Below, one piece after another: positions 38,258 to 51,095 of a stretch of DNA of 64,000 bases. Source of the stretch: Squalus acanthias (taxonomy: Eukaryota); the NCBI GenBank assembly GCA_030390025.1, contig CM059433.1:9240001-9304000 (forward strand), given 5' to 3'. Both the position numbers and the translations under genes were made by a program. Position 1 is the first letter of the stretch, and each line of letters starts with the position of its first letter. The notes beneath the pieces are model-generated. The model ran no database searches, had not been told where the DNA came from, and worked only from the letters and a program-made list of their open reading frames with translations.

Positions 38258-39389
38258 GTTAGGTCTTGGCAGCTGTGGGATATTCTTAAATGGAGGACTG
38301 ATTTTGTAGCCCTTTCATCTATTCCCAACAAATTCCTTTCCATTGAAAGGGATCACGGACAGCTTAGCTGAAGGCCTGTTTGGAAACCCATAATCTTACT
38401 AACTATAAAGGAGAGATTTCCTCAGTATACTAGGGATAGCAAAGTTATAAACCTGCTTCTGAAGAATATGTTAAAAAAAAAAATCTCTAATCTACAGGAG
38501 CAAATCACCCTATATTCATAGAAGATGCTTTGGCCAACAGATAATACATCTCATTAAACTGCTGCTCCAAAATAGCAGTTTGTAGAAGTCAAGACTCTTC
38601 TGTCAGAACACAGATAATCCAGATTAAACACCACACTTGATAAAAGGAATTCTACCCATTTAGTCCTCACACTTCACAAATTAGCATGTGGTCTATTCTC
38701 CAATCCCGCCCCCCCCCCCACGAGAGGATGATACTCCATGCTTATGCCATATTTGGAAAGAGTTAGTCAACAGTGAAGAGCAGAAATCACCAAAATACAG
38801 GTCTCATGACAGGATGCACAAATTTAATAGAAAAAATAAATTGACAAAAGTCTCTGGCTATAGGTCTGGTGAGATTCCAAAATCCTCCCAGAGATCCTCC
38901 CTTAAAAGGACATAGCAAAGATGGTACCAGCAACTCAACTCCTTTCTTGTGGAGTAAGCAGAGCTAAGGATCAACCAAGGGGAATTGTATATATCGAAGA
39001 GATGAATATCATGGGTGATTTCCCAATAACATCTTTAAAAAGGATTAAATAATTATTCCATCAACTTTATGGATTGAATAAAATATAGCTGAAGGAGGAA
39101 CTTAATAGCAGAGACAAATATCAACACACTAGGTTTCTTGGGGGGGGGGGGGGGGGGGGAGGAATTTATTGCTAATTAAGTAATCATAGTTGGACAATAT
39201 AACCACCAAGCACTTAAACAAATTAACTTTGCTATTGGTTAAACTTTAGCTATTTAGAAAAAAGTTCAAAATCATTCAGTAATTTAATACCAAAACTGGA
39301 AGCTCTTTCTAATTCAATCACAAACCTCAAAGAGCAATTGGTAGTTCTCTAGTGTCTATGACAGAATATACCAGCTAATTTGGTGTATG

Positions 39390-39642
39390 CAGCAAGCGCA
39401 TGGGAACACCACCACCTCCAAATCACACACCATCCTGACTTGGAAATAGATCGCCATTCCTTCATTGTCGCTGGGTCAAAATCCTGGAACTCCCCCTCTA
39501 ACAGCACTGCGGGAGTACCTTCACCACACGGACTGCAGCGGTTCAAGGCGGCGGCTCACCACCACCTTCTCAAGGGCAATTGGGGATGGGCAATAAATGC
39601 TGGCCTCGACAGCGACGCCCACATCCCATGAATGAATTTAAA
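39390..39642 (+). mobile_element. LINE family B 3' UTR fragment
   Basis: Matches approx. 460-715. Confidence 0.8.
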
Positions 39643-40098
39643 AAACTTCAACATTTAAAAAAGGAAATTTCAGAAAAAACAAGCTTTAATCAAATTTGAA
39701 ATTTAATTTACACAATGTGGTGCAGCAGATACTTACAGTTGGCATCAAAATATGCTTTCACCATTTCCAATGTATGTAGAGATACGCAATAGTATAGCTT
39801 TCCTAATCCAGATTTAAGTTGACCCACTGTTCTAGATTTCCCACCCATTCAATGTCAGTGGACAGAAAAGCTAGCCCCTGGGTATTCACACTTAATATAT
39901 TTAGATGCAACCACTCATTAAGATTGCAGAATGACGACTAAATAATCCTTAAAATACAAATTTAAAGACTATCTACTGCCACAGCACAACTGATAATTAC
40001 TGAATAATTGTACGGTCTGGTTTTTAACAGTGAAACAAATCAACCTCGTCATCTCAAACTGAGCCATTAGAAGTAAATGCCCCAATCAGAACCCACTA

Positions 40099-41502
40099 AT
40101 TTAAGAAAGGAGGGAGAGAGAAAACGGGGAACTACAGACCAGTTAGCCCGACATCAGTAGTAGGGAAAATGCTCGAATCTATTATTAAGGACGTGGCAAC
40201 AGGGCACTGAGAAAATAATAGGATTGGGCAGAGTCAACACGGATTTATGAAAGGGAAATCGCATTTGACGAATCTGTTAGAGTTTTTGGAGGTTGTAACT
40301 AGCAGAATAGATAAGGGGGAACCAGTGGATGTGGTGTATTTGGATTTTCAGAAGGCATTCGATAAGGTGCCACACAAGGTTATTAAACAGAATTAGGGCT
40401 CATGGGATTGGGGGTAATATACTAGCATGGATTGAGGATTGCTTAACGGACAGAAAACAGTAGGAATAAACGAGTCATTTTCAGGTTGGCAGGTTGTAAC
40501 TAGTGGGGTACCGCAAGGATCAGTGCTTGGGCCTCAGCTATTCACAATCTACATCAATGATTTGGATGAGGGGACCAAATGTAATATATCCAAGTTTGCT
40601 GATGATACGAAGCTGGGTGGGAATGTAAGTTGTGAGGAGGATGCAAGGAAGCTTCAAGGGGATATAGACAGGCTAAGTGAGTGGGCAAGAACATGGCAAA
40701 TGGAATATAATGTGGGGAAATGTGAAGTTATCCACTTTGGTAGGAAAAATAGAAAAGCAGAGTATTTTCTAAATGGTGAGATTGGGAAATGTTGGTGCTC
40801 AGAGGAACCTAGGTGTCCTTGTAAAAGAATCACTGAAAGTTAGCATGCAGGTACAGCAAGCAAATGGTATGTTGGCCTTTATTACAAGAAGATTTGAGTA
40901 TAAGAGTAAAGACGCCTTACTGCAATTATATAGGGCCCTGGTGAGACCACACCTGGAGTATTGTGTACAGTGTTGGTCTCCTTACCTAAGGAAGGATACA
41001 CTTGCCATAGAGGGAGTGCAACAAAGGTTCACCAGACTGGTTCCTGGGATGGGGGTATTGTCCTGTGAGGAGAGATTGAGTAGACTAGGCCTATATTCTC
41101 TGGAGGTTAGAAGAATGAGGTGATCTCATTGAAACATGTAATATTCTTAGAGTTTGACAGGGTAGATGCAGGGAGGATGTTTCCCCTGGCTGGAGAGTCT
41201 AGAACCAGGGGTCACAGTCTCAGAATAAGGGATCGGCCATTTAGGACTGAGATGAGGAGAAATTTCTTCACTCAGAGGGTGGTGAATCTTTGGAATTCTC
41301 TACCCCAGAGGGCTGTGGAGGCTCAGTCATTGGGAATATTCAAGACAGAGATCGATAAATTTTTGGATATTAAGGTAATCAAGGGATATGGGGATAGTGC
41401 AGGAAAGTGGAGATGAGGTAGAAGATCAGCCATGTCCTTATTGAATGGTGGAGCAGGCTCGAAGGGCCAAATGGCCTACTCCTATTTCTTATATTATGTT
41501 CT
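40099..41502 (+). mobile_element. CR1 LINE RT plus 3' tail
   Basis: GVPQGSVLGP, KFADDTKL, YCVQCWSP, MRRNFFTQRVVNLWNSLP; very similar to the 22.1-23.5 kb copy in the opposite orientation. Confidence 0.95.
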
Positions 41503-41879
41503 AAATGCTAAAATGTAGTAGAACCAGCCTGTTTTAATGTGCAATTGTTATGAAAATAAAAGACTAAGTAGAGATCACAATCAAAAATCTTGTAGATATG
41601 AATGGCATTTAAAAAAAATATGCAATTTCAATACCGTGATACCTTCCACACACACCCTATAATTAGTGCACATGTGTACAAGTATAACAGATACTGAGCC
41701 AGTGATGTGCACAGGATACATGTGAGCCTTCCTGGATACAGAATATCCAGGCGCAGTACATACATAAGTGTCAAAAGTTGCATTGTTTGAGCAAAGGAAT
41801 GCGGAGCTCCAGCATCAGTTCACCACACTCCACAACGTACAAGGGGAAAGAGAAGGGAAAGGTTGCTCACTCACTCAAG

Positions 41880-42310
41880 TCTGTCTATGTCCCTTTGTAA
41901 CTTCCTGCTCCCATCTATGCAACTTATTGTGCCTCCTAACTTAGTGTCATCTGTAAACATGGATGTACAACTCTATTCCTTCATCCAAGTCATTAATAAA
42001 TATGGCGAAAAGCTGAGGCCCCAGAACAGATCCCTGGGCAAAACCACGCCAATCAGAGAACATTACCTTTATCCCTACTCTGTCCCCTACCTCCAAGCCA
42101 ATTACCAACCCAGGTCACAGTATCATCTCCAATTCTATGCCCTCTCACTTTTGCTAATAATCACTGTGTGTGAACCTTATCAAATGCCTTCTAGACGTTC
42201 ATAGACAACCCCGTTGCTAGTGACCGCCTCAAAAAATTCAACTAGATTAGTCAGACATGACCTACCCTTCACAAGTTCATGCTCTGATCAGCTCATACTT
42301 GCCCAAATGC
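41880..42310 (-). mobile_element. Old CR1 RT fragment
   Basis: Decayed FTDDTKLGG and related RT remnants on the minus strand. Confidence 0.6.
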
Positions 42311-42959
42311 TCAGTAAAATTAAGTTGAAACTAAAGGCTAAAAAAAGCACGTGATAAAACTAAAGCTAGCAACAAGAGCAGTGATAAATACCGTGATTAA
42401 TAAGACAAACAAAAGGGTGTATGAAAAAAAATACAGCCAACATAAAAAGGGAAATAGCAACAGTTTTTATAAACCTATTCAGAGAAAGACAATCATGAAG
42501 GAGGGGCTGGGGGCCACTCAAATATGAGCTTGGGGATATAGTATAGTTGATAAAGAAATTAGAGAGTTGCTTAAGAAATACTTTAGGCAACTCAGCCTTT
42601 TTTAAAAATTGAACAAATGAAAGATTTAAGTGTTAAAAGATACAACAGAAATGTCAACTCATTTGTGGGTCATTTAAAACTTCACAGCGTCAACACTTGT
42701 GTAACTAAAGGCAAATTACAATTTACAGAGGACAGCTTTTGCTTTAAACACGTGATTCGAATCTTACCACAGGTAGCATGAACAGTCAGGTGTCTACTTG
42801 TACTCCGCATCAGACTGACACCCGAGGGTTTGTTTTTTTAAATATAAAAAGCTGCTTTATCAAAACATTGCCCATCAATAACAAATACCTTTTCTTTTGT
42901 TTGTAAATGGAAGATGAGGCTCATCCCAATGTTACAGAAACCACAGCTGCAGCAGCAGC

Positions 42960-43805
42960 AACTATTTATTTAGCACCTTTAACGTAGTAAAACGTCCCAA
43001 GGTGCTTCACAGGAGTATTTTAAGACAAAAAATTTGACACCGAGCCACATAAGGAGAGATTAGGGCAGGTGACCAAAAGCTTTGTCAAAGAGGTAGGTTT
43101 TAAGGAGCGTCTTAAAGGAGGAAAGAGGGAGCGAGGCGGAGAGGTTTAGGCAGGGAATTCCAGAGCTTAGGGCCGAGGCAACAGAAGGCACGGCCACTAC
43201 TGGTTGAGCGATTATAATCAGGGTTGCTCAGGAGGGCAGAATTAGAGGAGCGCAGATATCTCGGGGGGTTGTGGGGCTGAAGGAGATTACAGAGATAGGG
43301 AGGGGCGAGGCCATGGAGGGATTTGAAAACAAGGATGAGAATTTTGAAATCGAGACGTTGCTTAACCGGGAGCCAATGTAGGTCAGCGAGCACAGGGGTG
43401 ATGGGTGAACGGGACTTGGTGCGAGTTAGGACACGGGCAGCAGAGTTTTGGATCACCTCAAGTTTACGTAGGGTAGAATGAGAGAGGCCAGCCAGGAGTG
43501 CGTTGGAATAGTCAAGTCTAGAGGTAACAAAAGGTATGGATGAGGGTTTCAGTAGCGGATGAGCTGAGGAGAGGGCGGAGACGGGAGATATTACAGGTGG
43601 AAATAGTTATGCTGCGGATGGGTGGTCGGAAGCTCATTTCGTGTCAAATATGACACCAAGGTTGCGAACAGTCTGGTTCAGCCTCAGACAGATATTAGGG
43701 AGAGAAATGGAGTCAGTGGCTAGGGAAAGGAGTTTGTGGCGGGGACCGAAAACAATGGCTTCAGTCTTCCTAATATTTAATTGGAGAAAATTTCTGCTTA
43801 TCCAG
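42960..43805 (-). mobile_element. L2 LINE 3' fragment
   Basis: NFLQLNIRKTE, VRNLGVIFD, IQNSAARVLTRTK...ITPVLADLHWLPVKQRLDFKIL. Confidence 0.92.
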
Positions 43806-43831
43806 AACCTAGAATATTGTATGAAATTCAC

Positions 43832-44070
43832 TCTTCTTCGAAATAGTGCCCATGGGGATCTTTTACGTCCACCTGAGAGCGCAGACGGGGCCTCGGTTTA
43901 ACGTCTCATCTGAAAGACGGCACCTCCAACAGTACTCCTTTGCAAGACAGTGCAGCACCCCCTCAGCACTGCACTGGAGTGTCAGCCTAGCTTTATGTGC
44001 TCAAGTAGGATTTGAATCCACAACCCTTCTGACTCAGGCGAGTGTGCTACCCACTGAGCCACAGCAGACA
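43832..44070 (-). mobile_element. tRNA-derived SINE 5' part (DeuSINE-like)
   Basis: A box tggctcagtgg, B-box-like ggattcaaatcc. Confidence 0.8.
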
Positions 44071-46019
44071 CTAAATGACTACTACTTAGAAGGGTTTGGA
44101 CTGATCAGAGATAGTGAACAAGGATGTGAAAGGCAAGTCAGGTTTGATTAACTTGATAGAATTTTTGAAAGAACTAGTCAAGCTCCTGTGGTGTGAAACA
44201 CAAGTGTAGTCTTCAGATGAAGCCTCAATAGAGCATAGAGGATAACTGGATCAAAGCAAATACATATAATTCAGGCCCCATTTTAAAGTCATGCATTCGG
44301 TTTGGTTTTTTAAAAATATATTTTCCAATATAAATGCCTATTTGCACATTTATTCTTGATGGAAACTGCCTGTGCAAATTTGAGATACTGTAATTACAAG
44401 CTCCTGCCTGTGGTGGCACTGCAGCATCTCCCCAGGCAAAGGGTATAATTACTGCATGACAGTTTCCATTATAAATGTGGACAGAGGAAGTTATAAATAG
44501 GAAGAGTTGACTGGGAGCTTGCACAGACTTCAGCTTTTTAATATATTGCTAGTTGATCGCTCATGGTGGTGCACATGGACCAAGTGCAGTCTTAAACCAA
44601 GGAGGGCAGAAAATAATTGTTTAGGTCGGACTGCCCAGAAAGTATAATGGGGTGGGACAGAGCAGACGATGTGGAGAGGGAGGGGAAAGAGGTTGAGGGG
44701 ACAAGGGGAAAAAAGAGAGGGAAGAGAGCTTTGAGAGAGTGAAGTTGGGATAAAGAGGGGTCAGGCAGAAGGATGGGGTAGTGGGGTGCTCAGGATTGGA
44801 GATGGAGGGAGTAGAGGACAGGATAGTCCAAAATTAACACAAAAAAAATGATTCATGAATTTAAAAAGGAGCCTCATACATACACAACACCAAATAAATA
44901 AATAAAACAAAGTTGGCAATGGTGGGGATAAATGGAATTAAATAAATTGGGGAGAAATTGGGCATAATTAGATAATGGTATGGTGTTAATAAACTGATAT
45001 TGGCCCTTAAACACGTTTTCTTTTTGGGTTCCTGATTTCACCATTAAAAACCCATACGCCAACCCAATGGATCAATCGGCTTATTTGATTTTTTTGCAGT
45101 ACGATCAGCTCGATGAAATCACCTCTGGGGCAGAGGGGTAGATGAATGGACGAGAGGGGGCAGGGGCACGCAAGAGAGAGAGAAAGAGAAAAAGAAAAAA
45201 GGGGAAAAAAAACTAATGATTGTTGAAGCACTACACAGAACAATTAGAATTGGCCACATTCATACTGGAAAATCAAAGTCCTGAAACCAGCCACCACCCC
45301 ACCCACTCAGCCAGCCATCTCATCACCATCAGGAACTTGCACATTCTAGAAAGCCAATGTCTGTTGCCCTATACGGTGGTTCTGCTCAAGAGAAACCCCA
45401 TCTCTTGCTCCTGGATGCAATACAGTCTAACAATATGCAGGCCCGTGGCCTCCTGTCCAATATCAAAGAAATAATATGCCCTTTACTGGAAGACCATGAA
45501 AACCAAATTCCCCACATTTCTACCAGAAACAAAGAGCTTCTGTAACCCCACCACAAACTCTTGTACGAATTCAAATAATCTGTACATAATGCCAGTGTAA
45601 GAAACTTCATCCACAACTAGAACTCTGTCCCCTATATGAAAACACAGGAGCTAATCATCACTTAAGGTAGAGATGTCCAATATTTTGAAACTGCAGGCCA
45701 GATACACTTGGCAAAACCAGTAAGTGTGCTGCAGATGATTACACAAAATTGCGAGAACCTTTATTACACATAAAAAGCAAGAATTTCAAACACACAAAGC
45801 AAGACCCCATATGCCTAAGCGCAAGATCTCCATACACAAAAATGAGAGAATCTCAAAACTGGGATAACATGCACACAAAAACAAGACCCCTGTGAAATGC
45901 ACAAAGAAAAGCGAGGCCCTCCATCCTCATTCCTCTGCCCCCACACTTCAGGTTGCTGCCGCTGTGCCCTTATATACCAAATATGCCACAGAGGCATCTT
46001 TCACAAACAACGTTCCAAA

Positions 46020-46164
46020 CAATGTTCCCTCTAATTTTTTTTTGGGTGCGTGGCCCATTCAAACTTCCGCGCATGCGAAGTTTTTCCACTGAGAAACCAG
46101 CAAGCGGCCTGCGCGGGAGCTTCAGACAGCTGCAGAGTGCCTATGCAGCTAAACGGGAACATTG
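46020..46164. mobile_element. hAT-type MITE copy 2
   Basis: TIR caatgttccc/gggaacattg; perfect 8-bp TSD gttccaaa. Confidence 0.88.
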
Positions 46165-46172
46165 GTTCCAAA

Positions 46173-46500
46173 CCACTTTACAGCCAACGCGGCAAGGTCC
46201 CACAAACAGCAATGTGATAATGACCAGATAATCTGTTTTAGTGATGCTTGTTGAGGGATAAATATTGGCCAGGACACCAGGAAAACTCCCCCGCTCTTCT
46301 TTGAATACTGCCGTGGGACCTTCAACTTGAGGGGGCAGACGGGGCCTCGGTTTAACGTCTCATCTGAAAGATGGCACCTCAGACAGTGAAGCACACCCTC
46401 AGTACTGCACTGGAGAGTGTCAGCTTGGATTATGTGTCGAGTCTCTGGAGTGGGGCTTCAACCCACAACCTACTGACTCAGGCTACCAACTGAGCCAAGA
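46173..46500 (-). mobile_element. tRNA-derived SINE (DeuSINE-like)
   Basis: Shares cacaaacagcaatgtgataatgaccagataatctg and the tRNA-like head with the 57.1 kb copy. Confidence 0.8.
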
Positions 46501-47359
46501 CTGTCACCCAACCCAAGACAGAATTTTCACTCCAGGAAACTTAATTTAAATCCAAAGAGAAATTCTCCTTTGCTAAATCTATGGTCAGACAAAAAAAAAT
46601 CCTAAGCATTACCAATTCAAAAGCAATTAAAATTAAACCCAGCACAATTAACTCAATGCAGTTCTTCCATAAGCCCAAAAGTAAATCACAAGGTAGATAT
46701 GGATGAGAACAGCTCTTCACACCATATTCACCCATCCATCAAGAAAGAATGGATAATCTTTTCCTTTTCCAACCCCTTCCCATTACAGCATCAAACTAAT
46801 TTTAAATGATTCAAGTTTTTGTCAACATTAGTCTACCCAGAAGTCCAGTCCATGTGTTGATAAACTCTGAAGAACTTCTCCCCGACATCAGTCGTAAGTT
46901 TACCTTTTATCTTGTTAGTTTGAACCGTTGTCCCACTGTCATGGTTTAATTTTGAGATTATGTGCTGGATTTACCTTTTCTGTAGAAATACTATTTATTT
47001 ACCTCTTGTAATGACGTCACCTCTTAACTGCGTCCTTTCAAAAAAGCTCAAATCCCTCCAGTCAATCCACAATACTCAGTCCTGTGACCCTAGGAATCAG
47101 TCTCATGTCTCTTCTCTGCACTGCCTCTGTGGCTTAAATGCATGCCTTATATATCTTGATGATCAGAGCTAGACAATACTCAAGGTGTGGATTCATTAGG
47201 CCACTGTACAATTTATGTACAACTTCCTGACTTGCACTCTACGGTTTTGGCTATATAGTTCAGTGATTTATTTGCTTTGTTGATTGCAGCAATTGGACAG
47301 GTTGCGCACCAATTCTAGAAAACCCTTTACATGTCTGGTCTTCTCCCTTAGCTACTGCC

Positions 47360-47433
47360 ACATCATTCATGGAGTACTTCCCAACATCATTCATGGAGTA
47401 CTTCCCAACATCATTCATGGAGTACTTCCCAAC
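47360..47433. repeat. Three perfect 24-bp tandem units
   Basis: acatcattcatggagtacttccca x3. Confidence 0.95.
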
Positions 47434-47656
47434 GATATTGCAGGAGAAAGCATAACATTAGAATCCATTTCGTTTCCTCCTCTTGCCCCTCCACCAGCAA
47501 GGAGTGGTTTGATACTCGGACTGAGTTCTTGGGCAAGGATAAAGGGGAAGAGAGAGAAGAGAAGGAAAACTTTTAAAGAGATAAGCCCAGTCCAGTACAC
47601 TTGTATCTCATCTTGATTATAAACACAATTTACCAAAAAATTTGTTATTTGCTTAC

Positions 47657-47712
47657 CATCATGAATTTCAAAGGCCAGACTGGTTATCTTCTGTGTAATT
47701 ATCATCATTGGA
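47657..47712 (-). CDS. MBOAT2: MBOAT2 exon (approx. exon 5), 56 bp
   Basis: ctgcag|T acceptor, G|gtaag donor; PMMIITQKITSLAFEIHDG; phase fits both neighbours. Confidence 0.96.
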
Positions 47713-48560
47713 CTGCAGAACAGAAATGGCAGAGGGAAACAAATTCAGTTGTCATTTTTTTTTTTTAAAAGCTGTTCAGAACATAATCTGCAGGCAGATT
47801 AAAATGGCATCTATTGGGGGACTGGGTGATGCAGCAGGTTAAACTTTCATCTCTCTGAGCTGGGTGCAAATCCAGCACCCAGTATCCTCTGTCTGCTGTC
47901 TACAGCAGTGTTGTCAAATATATTAGCACTTACCATGTGGCTAATTGGGAATCTAGAATAGGCTAATTGCATTTCTGATTAGTAAATAAAAAATGAGCAA
48001 TAGACAACATCATTGAGTATGTGACTTCAATACTCAGTGTATGCATGTGCACTTTTAACATTTTTGTGCATTGGTTAGTAACATGGCAAGACATAAAGCA
48101 GAGTGCACAACTGATTTTTGATCATACTGAAATGTATTACCTCCCTGGTTACTGAATGGCGATAATGTATATTTACTTAACATGTGACGTATATTTACCT
48201 GTATTGAGAGAGTGTATGCAAGGAGTTTTCTACCAAAATGAATGCATGTGGCTAAAGCGGTATTGCCGTAGCCACACCATGGCAAGTGAACAATTTCTAT
48301 TGGACAACATTGAAAGGAGTTTGGGCAGTCTAAATTCAGCACCTTGTGGCATTAAACTTTAATTATATAAAACTGGCGATTGAAAATCTCACCTCCAATA
48401 TCAACAGCTCTGGAATTCGGATGCGAGAAAGCAGATTCTTATTTTAAAAGGTTTACGGTAATAGGCAGACATCCAAAGGTCACAGAATTCTAGAAATGGT
48501 TACTTTTTCCTCAAACTTTCTGAATCCACACATTAAATGAAGTGAGAGCAATACACTTAC

Positions 48561-48656
48561 CCAGTAAAGTCAGCTGAATACTGCCCATAATCAAAGAGGT
48601 ATACTCTGCTAACTTGGCACAGGGCGAGGTATCCAAAAGCAATGACAAAACAGAAC
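48561..48656 (-). CDS. MBOAT2: MBOAT2 internal coding exon (approx. exon 4), 96 bp
   Basis: tttag|G acceptor and GG|gtaag donor; translates FCFVIAFGYLALCQVSRVYLFDYGQYSADFTG, matching the MBOAT2 YxFDYGQYSADFxG segment. Confidence 0.95.
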
Positions 48657-50219
48657 CTAAAACAAATAAATAAAAGTACTTAACACTAAGAATAGATACT
48701 GTACATTCAAAGTTACTTGCCTGGAACGTGCTTAGCTTTCAGCTCAGTTTCTTAAAAGTATCCATTTCCTCAAGAGAAAGGAAAAACCATTCTCCATCAA
48801 GCTCCGAATATATCCAATTTAATTGTTCCAGGACATCAGCTAAGGTGATTCTCATATCACACTAACATGATTTCTAATTAGCTTTTCACACCGACTCTTG
48901 CCCAATTCACTCTTTGTTGCTCTCTCCAGGGAACCCAAACCTGAAGGGCGACATAGAAGAAACTAGGTAGTAACAATGTTTTAACACCGGCTCTAAAGAC
49001 TGGAGATCAAATCTCAGTGGCAGTTAGCGCCATGATTCAGTAGTTCATTAGTTTGTCAGATTAAATGGGTGTCCACAAGAAGGCGACGAGAGGAGAAAGG
49101 CCATCTTTAATCATCAGATACACCTCTCGACATGTCTAGAAACTTACAAGTTGGAGAAATTATCCTATAGTTTACCTAAGTTAAATTTTTTAAAAAACTT
49201 GCATTTATATAGCGCCTTTCACGACCACCAGACATCTCAAAGCGCTTTACAGCCAATGAAGTACTTTGAGTGTAGTTACTGTTGTAATTTAAACAAATTT
49301 AATCTGATTGAATATGAAAGAAACTCAATGAAGAAGCAGGTTTGTACAGTGTTAATATTTCCTCCTCTTCCATTGCAAAGACATTAGGGGAAACACTGAT
49401 TAATTAACACCTATGTGCAAATAACTAAAATTTTTGTGCCATGACAAAAGCAGACAACATTTTGTCCCTATGAATCCACATGACTCAGTCACACATTAAG
49501 GAACTCAGGAAAGCCACACCAAAGCCTTTTGATTTAAAAAAATATATAAATATGTAGTGTTCATATTTGTGGATCCAGAAGAGAATGCATACAAAAGGAG
49601 GACGGCTAATATTAAATAGACTGTTGCAAGTTTAGAGTCTCCCCTGGGTATTCTTTCAGGTACAACAGAGCTAGTCACTCCCATGAGCGGTTCAAGTGTC
49701 TTATGGTCAGCAGTCTGGCAATATCCAAATACACAATAGCGTAACCCAGGTGTATAAAAATAGGATCCCCTGGTGATCTAAACCTGATATCGTGCCTTCC
49801 ACACACGTGCTTCTCCAATCTTTTTGAAGGCAACACCAAGATACTCAGAGACAAAGTTAGATATGAATCGTTAAGCCGTTTTATTTTATAGGCAGCAAGT
49901 GAACATAGAATGGAACAACAGTTCAAGCAAATTCCACTCGCTTTGCTCAATCTCTCTTCACTCCTCGAAAAATAATAAACAATGTGCCTGATCCCTCTCA
50001 TGGGCAGACTTGTTTAACTTTCTTTTGAGAAAATTGCTAACTTAAAAAAACCCCGACTATTTTAGCTTTCAGCTCCAGGACCCAGGCTTACACCTCTTAA
50101 TCTCTTGTTTAAAATTGGATGGCCATCAAAAATGTAGGTTTCCCCCCCCCCCCCTTTCTGTTAATTCAAGCCCCAGGGGGTGGCGTCTAGGAGACTATAA
50201 TCATTCTCACCACAACAGG

Positions 50220-51095
50220 AACTGTGGAGGAGCAAAGGAATTTGGGTGCCCAAGTACACTTAATCACTAAAAAAAAGAGGACAGCTACAAAAAACAATGA
50301 AAAAGACTCATGGAATGTTGGCCTTGATCTCAAGGAGACTGGAATACAAAGGGAAGTTATGCTTCGGTTGTATAGAGCCTTGGTCAAAGCCCATCTAGAG
50401 TACTGGTTCAGTTCTGGGAACTGCCCATCAGGAAGGATATACAAAAAGAAAATACTGCAGACGCTGGAAATCTGAAATAAACACAGAAAATGCTGGAGAT
50501 ACTCAGCAGGTCAGGCAGCATCTGTGAAGAGAGAAACAGAGTTAACGTTTCAGGTTGATGACCTTTCACCTGAAGGGGGGGGGGGGGAAAGGATATATAT
50601 TGGCCTGGAGGGGGTGCAGCACAGATTTATCATAATCATACCAGAACTTAAAGGGTCAAGTTATGATGACATATTACATAAAACTTGGCTTGCATCCCCT
50701 TGAGTATAGAAAATTAAGGGGTGATCTGATCAAGGTGTTTAAAATGATAAAAAGATTTGAGAGAGTAGATATGGAGAAACCATTTCCTCTGTGGGGAATC
50801 CAGAGAAAGGGGGCAGAATCTTAAAATTAGAGGCAGGCCATTCAGTAGTTAAATCAGGAAGTACTTCTTCACACAAGGGGTAGTAGAAATCTGGAACACT
50901 CTTCCACCCGCAAAAGGCCGTGGATGCTGGGTCAACTTAAACTTTCAAGACCAAGTTTGGTAGATTGTTGTTAGGTCAGGGTATCGAGGTAAATGGAGCA
51001 AAGGTGGGTAAATGGAGTGGAGGTACAGATCAGCCTTGATGTAGTTGAATAGCGGAACTAGTTTGAGGGGCTGAATAGCTTACTCCTGTTCTAAC
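50220..51095 (+). mobile_element. Decayed CR1 3' fragment
   Basis: RNLGAQVH, LYRALVKAHLEYW, RKLRGDLIKVFK. Confidence 0.8.
50442..50588 (-). mobile_element. Short Penelope-derived insertion (family 1) with a mutated hammerhead core, nested in CR1
   Basis: 9-bp TSD aaggatata (50433-50441, 50589-50597); minus strand CAGGUGA-AAGGUCAUCAACCU-GAAACGUUAAC. Confidence 0.8.

Noticed and set aside
39139..39160. Poly-G runs (also near 16677, 36656 and 50575) as functional G-quadruplexes
   Set aside because: Simple homopolymers, common and error-prone; no supporting context.
45270..45620. Possible L1/Tx1 C-terminal zinc-knuckle remnant
   Set aside because: Only a faint GSAQE..HLLL resemblance; too decayed to support.
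4475..48656. MBOAT1 or LPCAT3 as the gene identity, or a pseudogene
   Set aside because: NFMGILAGP, LLAARPKYYFAW and KLFYDVITW are MBOAT2-type as I recall the paralogues; all splice sites are canonical and the frame is intact.
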